Shown: positions 12,578-26,161 of the stretch, one piece after another
Layout of the letters: each line of letters starts with the position of its first letter
How positions within the stretch are numbered: the stretch's first letter is position 1
Source: Entomortierella parvispora E1425
Lineage: Eukaryota; Fungi; Mortierellomycota
Assembly (NCBI GenBank): GCA_020891255.1
Contig: BQFW01000011.1
Coordinates: 1,860,001-1,924,000 of the forward strand
Reading direction: 5' to 3'
DNA length: 64,000 nt
The notes under the pieces: model-generated
Told to the model about the DNA's origin: nothing
The model's database searches: none
The model's input: only the letters and a program-made list of their open reading frames with translations
Program-made: the position numbers and the translations under genes

Positions 12578-15500
12578 GAGCGTGATGGCCCTCGATACTC
12601 CAAATCTTCGATCTGAAAAAAATCTGGTACCTGTTGAGAATGCGGCCCATGGGAGTTGTATCAAAGAAGGCCAAGGGAGAGTACAAGACTTTCTTGAATG
12701 CTTCGTCATGCATGTTGTAGGATGTCTTGATCACGGCGTACGACAAAAGAAGAGCTGCGATGAACACCAGCACCAATTGAGCAACAGCCCAGACGACATA
12801 GACACTCAGATATGTGGAAAAAGGGAAATTGTATCGTTCCTCACTCCACCAACTCATCCATTGATTTCCCCTATAGAACATACAGTCAAAGCAATCGAGT
12901 CTCGATGGTTAGGTGTCATCCATTCTTTAGTTGTTTTTCTCATCTCAATATCGATGAGTCACTTACATAACATTCGCAAACTGCTGCAACAAAAAGAATC
13001 CAAAGACCGCGACCCACAGCAGTCGCCCCGAAGCTTTGAGGTACCCTTTGTATACGTTGCCTTTGACTGCTCCCGACTCGCGCTCCTCTTCTGACATGAG
13101 CTTCTTTTGCGCCTGTTTCGCCGCGTCGGTAAGCTCTTCTTTACCTCCCGTCTCCGTGTCATCCAAAGCAATTTTGGTGTCTGCAAGCGATATCCTTTCC
13201 TGGCCACTTCCATTTTCATCATTGCTGTCGGTACTCTTTGTGGCGAGAAGGGTGTTGGTTCGTTCTAATAGCGTGCGTCCTTCATTTTGCATCTGCTCCT
13301 CAAGAACATTGTTGTCGTCTTCCAGCCCTCCATATTGAGTCATCAAGGCACTGAACTCTCCATCCTCGTTGGCCATGAGATCCTTGAACGTGCCTTCTTC
13401 TGCAATGGAACCATTCTTCATGCAGAGAATATAATCCACATCGGGAAGGACGTGGAGCTGATGAGTCGCCATGACTCGGGTTCGGTCCTTCAACGTCTTC
13501 AACACGCAGTCTTCCCAGAGCCTCTTGCCAACGTGCGCATCCACGGCTGACAAGGGGTCATCCAAAATGACCATCCCTGCTCTGAAATAGACTGTTCGTG
13601 CCAAAGACAATCTCGCCTTCTGTCCTCCTGACAGGTTCACACCGCGCTCACCAATCTCGGTCTGATCCCCAAATGGGAACAGCGCCAGATCCTGCTCCAA
13701 AGCACAGGAGCGAATCACCTCTTCGTACCGCTCCTTATCGTAGGGGGTATCAAAGAGGATGTTGTCGCGAATGGTCGCGTTTTGGATCCAGGCAGTCTGA
13801 GACGCGTAGCTGATGTTTGTACCACGAACAATCTCTCCCTCTGTCATGGTCATGTTGCCAATCATGGCCTGGAGAAGAGATGACTTTCCGGATCCAACAG
13901 GTCCCACTACTGCAACCAGACTTCCACGCGGAATCTGGACGTTCAAGCGATGAAGATACGAAACAGGGTCGATATCCTGGTCCTGCTGTTGGCTCATCAC
14001 TGTGGCATCGTCGCTTGAGCCCGAATCGCCCGAATCGTCTTGCAGAACAGAATGATCAGAAGGTGCTGTCGTGGTAGAGACGGGTTCGTCTGTTTCAGGA
14101 GACAAATGTTCCCACTTGAAGCTGGCGTTTTTCATGGAGAGCGCAAACTCATGGTTTGGGTCCGGTGGGGGAATGGTAGCGGTCTCTTCCGAGAGTAGAA
14201 AGGTTTGGATGCGTTTCATAGCCACATAGGAGTCGACGGTTGCGGTGTAAGCCGAAGGCAAGACCATGAGCGGGACACGCAAGACTGTGAAAAAGGCCAA
14301 GGCGGGGAAGACAACCGATGACTTGAGCTCATTTCCAAGAGATGCATAGAGGACAAAGGACAGAGCCGAGGCAAAGACCGGTAAAGACTTGAAAAAAAAA
14401 GTGTATTTCGATTCGAAGATGGGTTAGATCAAACCATGTTCATTAGACCGATCTGTTTCTGTCTTTTCAAGAAGGAGGGAGACTTACAGCAGAGGTGGCC
14501 GCGACGGCACCACGGATGTAGAGGAGCTTGCCAACATTCTTGAGCTCATTCCGACGGATATCCGAAAGCTTTTGGAGGAAGCTTCAGGTTCAATAGAGGA
14601 CAAGAATGATCAGTAAGAAAAAGAGAATGTAACATGTGCCACTTCACGATCGTCCATCTCATTATCATACCTGGCCTCCCAAGCAAAGAACTTGATCACC
14701 TTGATCCCTTGCAATATTTCCGAGGTGAGCTTAATCCGGCTGTCGGTATACTCGGAAGCCCTCTTTCGGATCGGTCCCAGCTTTGACATGGCCCAGCCTT
14801 GGACAGGGTTCATCAAGATCAGCAGCGCGGCACCAAGCAGGGCCGAGGGTCCCATCAGATGCACTAAAAGCCCCACTACTACGATAGTGTAGATTGGGAC
14901 CGAGATCACCAAGGCGATCGACAACATGGCAGTATCGATCCTAGACGCGTCTGTCGACATCAAGTTCACAATTCGTCCATCCGGATAGAGCAGATGGGAT
15001 CTAGCCGACAGCGTGGTCGCCTTTCGGAAGGTCATGTCGATCAGGGCTGCGCGAATCAGGATTCCGAGGCGGACAGAACCCAGGTTCCAACGTTGGTACA
15101 AAACATTTTGGACCAGCGTCAGCGCCATCATTCCGACTGCCAATCCATAACCGTGCCAGCTTGCAGGAGGATGGTCGGAGGTTGTGTTGTTGATGAAGGT
15201 GATCACCTATGGCCGAGAAGGGAGGCGTACTTATTAGTCAGTCTCTTTCCGAGATGCCAGGGCGGAAAAAAAGAGAAAGAGGGGGAAGGGTGGCGGCGCT
15301 TTACCTGTTGCATCATCAACGGCGTCGAAATCTGGCATGCATCTAAATATGGTTGCGAAGCATCAAGATCAGCTTATGAACCACTGCTCCTTCGCCTTTG
15401 AATGTCCCCCCTTACGCCTGTTTATCTTTCCCACGTTTTACCTCCCATCTCCAGTCCAATGAGGCAGTCATAATACCGTCCCCAGAACGTCTTGACCGTG

Positions 15501-15925
15501 GCTCGGATTAGGGACGGTGTCTTGTTCTTGAGGCTTGCGCGTTTCTTTTCCCTTTCCCACTGCAAAGTCAACTGTGAGCACAAAACGTGGGCTCGATTCT
15601 TTTCCAGCATCAGGTAAAGGTCGTCCTCCTCGATCCGTCGCTTGTAACCCTTGGCAAAGAGTCCATTCAACCACCAGAGAGTGATGCGAGAAAGAACGTT
15701 GGCACTGTTCTCTGGAGAGATCAACCCCTTTCTTGCATTTGGACGTTGTTGTGCCGGTAGGACTGGAGAAGACACGCATTTCTCCCCCTTGATCTCGTCT
15801 CTGGGACTCTCGTCCCTGAAACTGTCGTCCTTTTTTAGTTCAACGGAAGGTTGACTGTCTACACCGACTACTGCATAGTTCTTCTGGGACGCGTCTTCTT
15901 CCTTGTTTGATCCTTGCATGATCAT
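10996..15925 (-). CDS. ABCC/MRP-type ABC transporter, paralog 2, multi-exon
   Basis: Same NBD1, NBD2 and TMD motifs as paralog 1, with matching intron positions. Tandem duplicate. Confidence 0.95.
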
Positions 15926-16757
15926 GAAAAAAAGTAATGTAGAGATATTCTTGACTTGTTCAGCTACCCCCCCTTTTTCCGATATTCTGCCCTGTATGTT
16001 CCTCGTTTTCGCGTTCGAGGCAGGCTTCGAATGGGGAATGGAATCGGAATGCAGAATGAGCTAATGGTAACTGAATGGGAAAGAAGGGTGCCAAAGAAAG
16101 AAAGAAAAAAATTGAAAGAGAACAAGAAAGAGCAAGAGGCATGTAAAGGATGCTCATAGAGGAAAGGAAAAAAGAGGAAAGGAAAAAAGAGGAAAGGAAA
16201 AAAAAAAAAAAAAAAAAAAAGGAAGAGAAAAACCAGGATAGAATATACCGAGGGAGGGGATCGTTGCCTCTTTTGTGCCTCTCTCATGCTCACCCGCCCA
16301 CTTTGCCTTCTTTGCCGGCCTTCTTGTCATTCTCTGGTACCTTAGTTGCCTTAAACTCATCTTTCAGGCCCGAGCTGAGAGCCACAGGCGGACTGGGTGG
16401 GTGGAAGGCGGAACTTCCTCGGACAAAACTTTAGAAGGCCCAGAAATTGCATGCTCTGTACGACCCTTCTGCCAATCACCCATGGGAAAAAGAAGCGCCA
16501 ATGTATAGCGCAGCGAAAGGGAGTGTAGTCGAAAACTGCTGGGCCGGGTAAACTGAATCATCGAACCTTTGGATGTGGATGCACCGCGACCAAAGAAAAA
16601 GTCATTCCGTCTCTTCAAGGCAAATATCGTAAATTTTTATTTCTATCATCCTTCACAGCTTTGCTCAAAGTAGCAATTCATACGTCCTTCACAATCTTCC
16701 TACGGGGTTTGTAACACGGTTCCAGGGTTATATTCACACACTGTTGACTGTTATCCT

Positions 16758-19095
16758 TTAGATGGGAACAGAAGATCCACGGGTGATCTTGCCCCATCCA
16801 ATCAAACGCCAATGGTTGGCAATACGACGCGACAAGGCGACGTTGGCACCGGCTCTGTTGGGTGAAAAAGTGAAGACACAAAAAAAAAAAAGAGTCGATT
16901 AGCATTCAACTTCTTCCATAGACGAATACAAACAAATCCTTTCCTTTCTCAGGAGCAATGAAATCTACAAAGCAAGAAAAAAAAGGGTGGGATAAAAACT
17001 TACTCTGAACATGCAAGACCAGTAAGGGCAATCTTGGCAATATCGTTCTTGACCTGGATGACACGACCACCAGTCGAGGTCGAACCAATGTTGACCATCA
17101 AAACCTCGTTCTTGGTCAACTTGGTGACCTTGGCTTGCTTCTTGTCATCGGTCTTGACTCCCAAGAGACGACGGAGCAAGAAGTAGTTGATCTCCAACTC
17201 GGAGTAAACCTCGGGCAACTTTCCAACAGCTCCCAAAACCTGACCGACCAAACGATCGGCACGGCACAAAGTGGGATCAATCTTGGTACCCACACCGATC
17301 AAACCACCGGGAACGGCAAACTTCAAGTTGTTGCTCTCGGCCAACAGGGTGACAATGCGAGAGAAGATAGGTCTGCACTTGATCTTGCCCTCGTTATCCT
17401 TGGTGACAATACCGGGACGGATCTCAATCTCATCTCCAAGCTATAGGAGGAAAAAAATAAAAGAAAACGTCAATACGAATGCCTGACATATCCTTGATGT
17501 TCCTCTGAATTATCCAAAAACAAGCTCGAGGGTTGATCTGAATAGGACACTAAAATACTTACACGCAACACTCCGCTGAGGATAGAACCACCAGCAATAC
17601 CTCCAGTCAAGCTGTCGACCTCAGCACCGGGCTTGTTGACATCGAAGGAACGAATGACAATCAAGCGGGGATCGGAAGTGAAGTCACGAACAGGAATGGG
17701 GATGCGCTTGACAATGTATTCGTTGACGGCATCAATGTTGTACTTGAGCTGGGCAGAGATGGGGACAATGGGAGCAGAGTCGGCAATGGTTCCCTTGACG
17801 AACTGCAAGATGCTCTGGTAGTGCTCCTGTGCGGCAGACTCCTTGATCAAATCAACCTTGTTCTGAAGAATGATGATATGCTCCAACTTCATGATCTCAA
17901 TAGCAGCCAAATGCTCACTGGTCTGGGGCTGGGGGCAAGATTCGTTGGCGGCAACCAACAACAAAGCGGCGTCCATGACAGCGGCACCGTTCAACATGGT
18001 AGCCATGAGAATATCGTGTCCTATGTATCCATGATGAAATTCGATTTAGTGAAAAAGTACAAAAGCATTCCCGATGTGTGAGCCTTTGAACATCCTGCAT
18101 CCATCCAGCGATTTCCATTGCATTTTGACTGCATACCGGGACAATCGACGAAAGAGACGTGTCTATAGAACAACGAAAAAAAAAAAGCGAACGATTAGTC
18201 AAAGCTTCCAAGCTGACACGGGCAGCATAAAGATATTATCTTTGAGAAATCGATTGCCCTACCTCTCCAACTTCATGGTTCCACCGCAGAAGGGGCGCTC
18301 GCACTTGGGGTGATCCTCCATGTTACTGCGGTAAGACTTGTAGCATCCGGGGCGGGGGCAGGCCTCGTTTTGACACTTGTAGATCTACATTCGTCGATCC
18401 ATAGCAAATTTCTCGCGTTTAGCTTCCAGTCAAGATGCCAATGTACACTCCAGTTCGAATATCATCCATAAGTTCCTGAAAGGCGACAATATACCTTGGC
18501 ATTGGCATATCCCAGCTTGATGGTAATGTTACGCTCCAACTCGTTCTTGAAACGAACAGTCTGTACAGGGGAAGAAAAACAAAAAATAAAGTCGTTAGGA
18601 CAGGCTGCATCGCTTTTCGTTTGAAGGGGAGCCATTGTCAAAAGATCGCCGTACCTGAACTCCGGAAATGGCCTTGACGACGGTGGATTTACCGTGAGCG
18701 ACGTGACCAATGGTACCTGTGGATGGGATGGATGGATGTTAGGTATTGCTTTACATTAAGTCATAAAGAGCCTTTTGGAGGCTGTAGTTCGACTGGGTGA
18801 CTTTGGCGAAAAAGTTGGCGATGGCGACGATGAGAAGGTGAATCTCGGGGAATGTGGCGTGGAGGCATTGGGGCATGTGAAGGGAGACATGACGATAGAT
18901 CCTGCTGCCCTGGAAGGTCTCGTGCTCTCCATGGTCAAAAATGGATCGAGTGGGTGTAGGATGATTGCGAGAGGATAGATCTGTGCAGAAGGAGCGGAAT
19001 GATCTAAAAAAAGTACCGATGTTGATGGTGGCCTGCTTGGAGATGACCTCGTGAGAGAGCGCATGCAGCTTGGACAGGTCCAGTTCAGAATCCAT
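16758..19095 (-). CDS. GCD11: Translation initiation factor eIF2 gamma subunit, multi-exon
   Basis: [59 protein letters not shown], and C-terminal [18 protein letters not shown]. Stop at 16758-16760. Confidence 0.97.
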
Positions 19096-19532
19096 GATGG
19101 GCGAGCTGTGATGGAAGGAGGGAGGGAGGAGGAGGATGTTTGAATGCAACGGCGGTCAATCTAATCTATTGTCCTGCCCTTGCTGCCTGCCTCTCGTGCT
19201 GCGAGAAAAAAGACAATTGTCGAGGGCTTGGGGGAGACTGCAGAATCGCATGTCTTAACAGGCCGCAGTGTATTAAAAATACACGCACAAAAATACAGTG
19301 ACGTGTCACCCAGTACATGTATTTTGGGCGCATGTAGGGGGGAACGAAAGAAAGAAGAGTGAGGGACAAGAGGTGACAAGGAACAGGAAAGAACAAGAGA
19401 CAAAGGCAAGAGTTGTGTTGAAGATATTGGTCTTTAATGATAGCGAACAAGGGTAGAGAACTGCATGAAGAACTGTGCGAGAGACACACCACGAAGTTGT
19501 ACAAGGGGTTAAATGCTCTGGTGGCGTTTATT

Positions 19533-20972
19533 CTATGGCTGTGCCTCTGGTGGCAGGAAGCAGAGAACGGTCGTGATCTCATAGCACTCTTCGCCTCCGT
19601 TCTCCGCCAGCTCCATAAAGGCTAGCATCTGATCATGGAAGTACTGCACCCCCTGGGCCGGCATGCCCGGGTAGCTGCACAAGATTGCAAAAGTCCACAG
19701 CCACTTCTCAATGCCTCCCCGCACGAAATGTTTCCAGCACGTCTCGAACGGGTAATCGGTGGCCTTGACCACTCCCAAGGCGATCAAACGATCCCAGTAC
19801 TTTTGAAGTGCCTTGCGCGCGTGGGCCTTGAAGACTGGGGCGGCCACATCCGAGATCACTGTTTGGCCTAGATCCGTCGTAGGCTCCCAAATACACACCT
19901 CGGACCAATCGTAAATTGTCACGGTGGGCGAACTGGATCCAGTCCTGTCCAGGATCATATTGGCGGCATGGAAATCACCGTGTGTCAAAGTGAACGGCAA
20001 CGTCTTGTCATGTAACCGCTCTTGGAATCTCTCCCAGGATGCATTGTTCAAAGACGCGTCCATGATCTTGACAAACTTGTCCGAGTACTTGACATTATAG
20101 TCGCCCGAGGCCGCCATGGCTTTGCCCTTTTCCCAGGCTCGGATTCCGGCTTGAACACTCCATTCCCAACGCGTCCGCCCTGTACCGCGGTACCAGGCTG
20201 CAGTCTTGAGCCAATTCAATTGCAACAGACGCGAGTCGTTCCAATGCTGAGCATGCATCTCGGCCGCAGTCAAAAACATTTGATCCAACATGTCTGTCGC
20301 AGGAGGGAGCGTTTGAGATTTGACACTTTCGGGCAACCCCCAGATCTGGTTCCCAAAGACAAAGTTGATGTCGATGGGCTTCTTGTGAGGGTCCTCGCTC
20401 TTGTCCTTGCATCGACGTTGCTTGACATCTTCCATGAGGATCACATATTCGCCCAAGAACTGCGATCCGTGAGCGTAGTAGACTTTGGGCAAGAGAGTTG
20501 AAGGCAACAGGCTCTTGGCCAGATCAGAAGAGTAAAAGATGGCTTCGCGGGCATGGCCCGAGAGAATGTTGGCCAGGCGAGGCTTCTGTCCGTCGCGACT
20601 CTTCTTGAGAACCATGTGTATGCTCTGTGGGTCCTGGTTGCTGGGAAGGGTATAAGTGACCAAAACACGAGTCATGGCGCCAACAAGGCCGCGGTTTCCA
20701 TCGAGACCGGTGCATTCAACGGTTGAAATGAGTGCATTTTTAGGAATGGCGCCTGCTGAGATGAGAATGCTCTTGAGCCATGGAGTGGACAGCTCCACGT
20801 CGCCGGGATTCGGTGCATGGCCACCAACGAGATCATTCGAAAAGAGAGCCGAGGCCAGATGCCGACGGAGGGTTGCGAAGGCCTGCGCTGCTACGGACTG
20901 CAGAGTGTAGTACCGGTAGGTCAGCGGTGCACTGAATGTTGTTGATGTTGAGGTGGTGGCTACTGCTGTCAT
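19533..20972 (-). CDS. APH/choline-kinase superfamily phosphotransferase (ecdysteroid kinase-like, EcKL), intronless
   Basis: Brenner motif THGDFHAANM followed by IYDW; N-lobe VLKK and REAIFY. Single uninterrupted ORF; likely start MTAVATT at 20972. Confidence 0.8.
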   Translation of the reverse strand: MTAVATTSTSTTFSAPLTYRYYTLQSVAAQAFATLRRHLASALFSNDLVGGHAPNPGDVELSTPWLKSILISAGAIPKNALISTVECTGLDGNRGLVGAMTRVLVTYTLPSNQDPQSIHMVLKKSRDGQKPRLANILSGHAREAIFYSSDLAKSLLPSTLLPKVYYAHGSQFLGEYVILMEDVKQRRCKDKSEDPHKKPIDINFVFGNQIWGLPESVKSQTLPPATDMLDQMFLTAAEMHAQHWNDSRLLQLNWLKTAAWYRGTGRTRWEWSVQAGIRAWEKGKAMAASGDYNVKYSDKFVKIMDASLNNASWERFQERLHDKTLPFTLTHGDFHAANMILDRTGSSSPTVTIYDWSEVCIWEPTTDLGQTVISDVAAPVFKAHARKALQKYWDRLIALGVVKATDYPFETCWKHFVRGGIEKWLWTFAILCSYPGMPAQGVQYFHDQMLAFMELAENGGEECYEITTVLCFLPPEAQP

Positions 20973-21206
20973 GAAGGAATGGAGGATGAACAATGGTGAA
21001 GGGAAGATCAGGTGCTCTTTGGGCTTTTATGGGAACGACCAAACAAATATCCGCAGTTTCAGGAATGTTGCGGCGTCTGCTGCGGGCTCGCGTGTCAGTG
21101 GCGTGTGCCCAACGTTCTGGTTTTTTTTCTCTCCTTCATAGGTTACATGTGGTTTATTTGGACACTATGGTTTCAGGTCGTCTGCTTCCAGCTCAATGTC
21201 ATCTCC

Positions 21207-24200
21207 TTATTGCTCCTCTCTTGTGGCTGGAAAGGCATCATCTTCTCCTCCTGGGTTCTCTTCATCAGCCCCCATGAGATCGCTTGAAAAATCTCCAAAG
21301 CCGAGCTCTTGCTCGTCTGGAATGCTAGCCTCAGGGACAGGCTTTTTTGGAGGATGGGCCACCTTGGGTGCCTTGTTCTCCTCTCCTGCCGCTGGCTTTG
21401 GCGCCGCTGCAGCTTTGTGCTTCTCTTCTACAGGAGCTGGCTTGCCCTCCTTTGGATTCGAATCCTGAGTGTGTATCCTCTCGGGTGCTTTTACCTCCTT
21501 GCCCTCATCCTTGAGCGAATCGTGCACAGCCACTTTGAGCTTTTCCGCCTGTTTGTTCAACTCCAGGTGAATCTCTTGCGGCTGTCCCTGGTCCTGATCC
21601 ACAGGTACAGGGTTGTGGGGTAACAAATGCTCCAAAAAGTCGTGCGGCCTGTCCTCAGAGTGTACTGGCTCCTGCGGTTGCTGTAGTTGAACGACAGGTG
21701 GATCAATTATCCGCCCCGTCAAGTCTTCGTTGGATCTGGAGGGGTGGTAGGGCTTGTAGTGATCGTATGAAGTCGGGAACTGATAGCAGTCATAGTCCCA
21801 AGTCTTTAGCAATTTGGAAGCCTCGCACTGAGACCGCGTCCATTCAGATCCATATGTCAAAGGCGCCCGCGTCTTGAACACATAGATCGCAACAGTCGAG
21901 ACCACGATCAAAGCTGCCAGTCGATACCGGTTTGGCATGAAGCGACAGAGAAGATCGAATGTCACACAGAGCAGCAGAATCGAAAAATAAAGCGCGGGAA
22001 GATAATGGTGCAAGAAGAGCTGGCGATCCATCAGGAAAAATGGCAAGTAGTGGAAGCACCAGCCCATGAAGAAAAAGCCACCCGATAACTCGTAGTAATC
22101 TCGAAGACCTAGTGAAGAATGATTATTAACGTGGACGGATATCAAAAATACAACAGGCAGTAAACCTTTGCTTCTCTGTTTACCTCTAAAGTTGTCGCGG
22201 TACCCACGCTTGTCGCGGACAACGAGAAGAACGCGAATACACGCATAGAGTACGATCGAAAAGGACGACAAGTACCATGTAAACCAATTGCCGATCAAGT
22301 AGACGTGCTTTTGTTCCTTGCCCCAGAAACTGATTCCACGACGCATCCATGGCCAGGACGAGGGCCTCGAATCGTACGGATGTGAATCAGTCAGTCCTGC
22401 ATTCGTTCTCCACATGACCTTGTTGAGCTCAATGAATTTTCCAAAGAATCCTGGAATTTTGTAATTGACCTTGGGGGCGTTTGCAGGGTCTATTCAGTCA
22501 TACAGCAGAACATGATCAGCAACATGTAAAGGTGTCCAGTTGCGATCAGCAGCGCAAGAAGGAAAAAAAAGGCGTTTGAACTTACAGGCATCGTAGATGT
22601 TGGACTCGACCATCCATGTTGTCTTTGCCTGAATAGCGCTTCTCATGCAAGTTACCTCCTGCTGTTCAAATCCCCACTTTGGCAACTTGACGCTGTGCGA
22701 AAAGAGATCGCAAGCCATGTTGGTGTGCACCAGTTTGAATTTTGATCGCAGAGTGTGCAACATCTCGCCGGCCTTTTTGTCTCTTCCGTCAAAGTCCGTG
22801 ATCTCCACCCTCCATTCATCATTTGCATCACCTGCAAATTCCTTGGCGCCGTAGCCACTGACTTCAAAGTGATTCTCATCCTCCGTAACAGGTGCCTTCT
22901 TGTCGTGCGAATGCAACTTCTTGAACGTAGGAACGTGCATCAGGCGAATTACATCGCCATTCTTGACATATTCCAGAGTAGAGGGGATAGATCCGTCCCC
23001 TTTCTGAATGATCCAGTCGTTATTGGTATCCTTGTGAGGGTAAAGCGTGATTTGTTGCTCTAGAGATATAGTGGCAGTTGATAAGTCACCCGAAATACGT
23101 CAATTGACATTTGTTGAAGTTGAAACCACGACGAAATTCTAAGCCCTTACGCTTGCTTCCAGTTTCATAATTTGAAGGATGGGAGTGTAAATATCCTCCC
23201 TGAGTTCCCTGGTGGCGGATAGTGACTGTGGCACCATAGGCGATCGCTGTTTGAAAGGGGAAAATGAAGGGTCAGTATGGCTCCAAAAATACTCTCAGAG
23301 ATTACTGATAAAAGATCACCCAGGCATCTTACAGAGTGGTGAGTCCTCCAAAGACTTTCCAAGGGTCATCTGGAAAGGTGCACTCATAAAGCCATCGCCA
23401 TCGCCTGAGCTTCCCAGTAGCAAAAAGTGAATCTCGAACATGAACATGTAGATAACGACAGGGACCAAGATGAGACAGAACGCCCTGGCTGCAAAATGAT
23501 CCAGCCAAACACGTGTCGGTACTTTGAGATCTCCCCAAAGAATCCAGAGCTGATTGATGGTCGAAGTTCCGATCGTGGCAATGGTAAAGAGTCCGACCCA
23601 CTTGACACTTCCTGTCAATCCCAAGCCGACGCCTGTCAGGAACAACCAAATAAACCAATCATCCGAGAATGGGTATTTCCGCTGATTGTGAAAGTTTGTC
23701 CACGCCAGTGCTGTGAATGCAGTGAAGAATATCAGGGGAGAGTCCAGCAAGATGAGGCGACTCTGGGTTACAATGCTGTTCTCTAAGGGATGCACGCATG
23801 CATGGTGATGAAACAGGAGCAGGTTAATTTTTTTGTGCTGTGTGGTGTGTGGTTGTCCCTGAAACTGGCGGTAAAAAATAACTTTTTTCGCCAACTTTAC
23901 CAAAGAGAACAAGCACAGCAGCGAGAACGGCGGCATGTAGTGAGTGACCAGAGTTCTTTATCGTAAAGAAGGCCATAGGGACAACGGCCGCTCCCATGAG
24001 GCCGCAAAGCATTCTCATGGCAACGTAAGGCACCTTGGGTCCAATGTAGTCCCTAGTAAGTTCAAGCAAAGCCGAAATGAAAGGTTAAGACTCTTGAACT
24101 GCTCCTCTGAATCACTCTCGATCTGCAACGCTTGCTTTTGACTTGTAAACCTACATGCCAATGTCCTTGAAATCAAAACTAGGATCCAAGCCAAAAGCCC

Positions 24201-25148
24201 ATCCCACCAAGGCAATCAACATTTTTGCGAGTGGCGGATGAACATCCATGAAGAACCGACCTCGGATATATTTGGAGGCAAATCCGCCAAAGTGTACCTC
24301 ATCGAATCTATTTCATTTCACGTTAAAAAAAGATAGCGGTCAGGGCATTGTTGATAGAGTCCTTTGGATGATCCAAGCAAACACAGATAAGAGACGTACA
24401 CGACCGACGTGGGGTATCCGATGCCCCACAAGCGAACAATGAGTGACAGTACGCAAATAAAGCCCACGATCTGGACCTGTCGACTCTTGTACCATTGACG
24501 ACCTCGTCGACTCCTGAAAGACGAGATGCGTTTATGAATGCCCGCCGCACGTCTGCCTCCGATAAAATAGGCTTCATCGCCTTCCGAGCCACTGCTGCTA
24601 CTGCTCATCCCACCGATCCCACCAGAGCTGATGCGCGGTTGCGATGGGCCACGGAAGATGGGCTTGCCCGACTGGTCTAGGGAGGTGCTTTGACCGTTCC
24701 GCATCCTTTGAGTCCTCGAAGCATAGAGAGGAAGACCTGCTGATCCATTGCCACTCGCCCTTGTTCTGGGGTACTGATACCGCTGTGGTTGTTGCTGCTG
24801 TTGTTGCTGGAGGTGCGGTGGGTAGTAGGAAGAAGGCAGGGAAGGCGAGGCTGTCTGGGACCGATTGGGCGTATCTGCATAAAAGTGGCCTCCTGTTGGA
24901 TAACGAGGCGCCATTGAGGGTTCGTCCTGGATGGCTACTGGCGGTGCAGCGTAGTAGGGGTCCTGAAGACGCCCAGCATGGGCCTCTCGAATGTCCACAT
25001 AGTCAGCTTCCTCTTCCTGGTCGTCCTCATGGATGGTGGTGATGTGATTTGTAGGTTGGTCAGGAGGCAGATCAAGGTCGAGGCCAGTGGGATCTAGAAA
25101 GCTGAAGGACGAGGATGAGGACCGCGGGGCCTTAGCTGAGGAGTACAT
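21207..25148 (-). CDS. PMT: Dolichyl-phosphate-mannose:protein O-mannosyltransferase (PMT family), multi-exon, with long low-complexity N- and C-terminal extensions
   Basis: PTSVVFDEVHFGGFA, FFMDVHPPLAK, SVKWVGLF, GSSGDGDGFMS, MIR-domain LHSH motifs, HPYDSRPSSWP, RQLFLHHYLPALYF. Subfamily (PMT1 vs PMT2) not resolved. Confidence 0.95.
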
Positions 25149-25402
25149 TGGTCACTGCTGATGGGGGTTGCAGCGCCAGAATGAATGGATGCAAACGGGC
25201 GAAAAAGGAGGAATGAGATTCGGCCGTTGGGCACGATAAGCGACCGTTGCGTGTAGCGATGGGAGCAGAGAGGGATCAAAAGGACAATCGAGAGCAGCAA
25301 ATGAGGGGCGACGCGAGTAGAGGGAGAGCAGAGAGAATGAGGCGGTGTCAACAGGGGAGAGAGGGAATGAAGATGAAGATGGACGGGAGAAGGAAGAAAA
25401 GA

Positions 25403-25537
25403 AGGAAGGAAGGAAGGAAGGAAGGAAGGAAGCAAGGGAGAAAGAGGGCGGACGGAACAAAGAAAAAGAGGAGAGAAGGAAAGAAAGATGATCCCATGCA
25501 TCCATCTCCATCCCACCCACCTTCCCATCTCTCTCTT

Positions 25538-25585
<48 letters not shown>

Positions 25586-25690
25586 GCCTCATCCCAGAAA
25601 AGCAAACTCGTCGTCGTTGAGCTGTTCTCCTCTGCTTGCCCCTGTCCAGTCCAGTCCTGTCCAGTCCTGTCCAGTCAGCATTGTCCTGTC
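25403..25690. repeat. Microsatellite cluster: (AAGG)n, (CT)n and (GTCCA/GTCCT)n upstream of the PMT gene
   Basis: Visible directly in the sequence. Confidence 0.85.
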
Positions 25691-26161
25691 GTGCCTGACC
25701 TTGCCCTGTCGTGCCCTGCCAGTCGCCACTAATTGACACCGCCCAGAACCAGAACGAAACACACACGCATCCACATTGGGCGCACAACGAACCGCCCCGC
25801 GGGCGCACAGGACGGAGAGTTTCGCTCCTTCACTTCACTTCACTGCTCAAAATACATTTGACACCCCACAGCCCTCGATCTCGCTCGTGCTCTTCTTTTC
25901 CCCTTTCTGCTGCCCTGTCCACTTTTGCACTCTTGCTTCTGCGGGCAAATGCTCACTCTCTCCTCGGCATGCGATTCGTACTGTATCCACTCTGTTCAGA
26001 CGCAACATCCTCCTCCCAGTTGCGCCCCAGCTCTCCCTGTGGAGCGTCCTCTCCTCATTTCCGCCATTACCTGGTAATAAGACGTTTTTTTTTTCCTCTT
26101 CTCTCTTCGTTTCATTTTCCTGTCTTTTCTTTTATTCTATTGGGGCGCCAGTGAGGACTAT

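Noticed and set aside
3980-12580. Very long poly(A)/poly(T) runs as possible retrotransposon tails
   Set aside because: They sit inside introns as polypyrimidine tracts near 3' splice sites throughout the window, with no TSDs.
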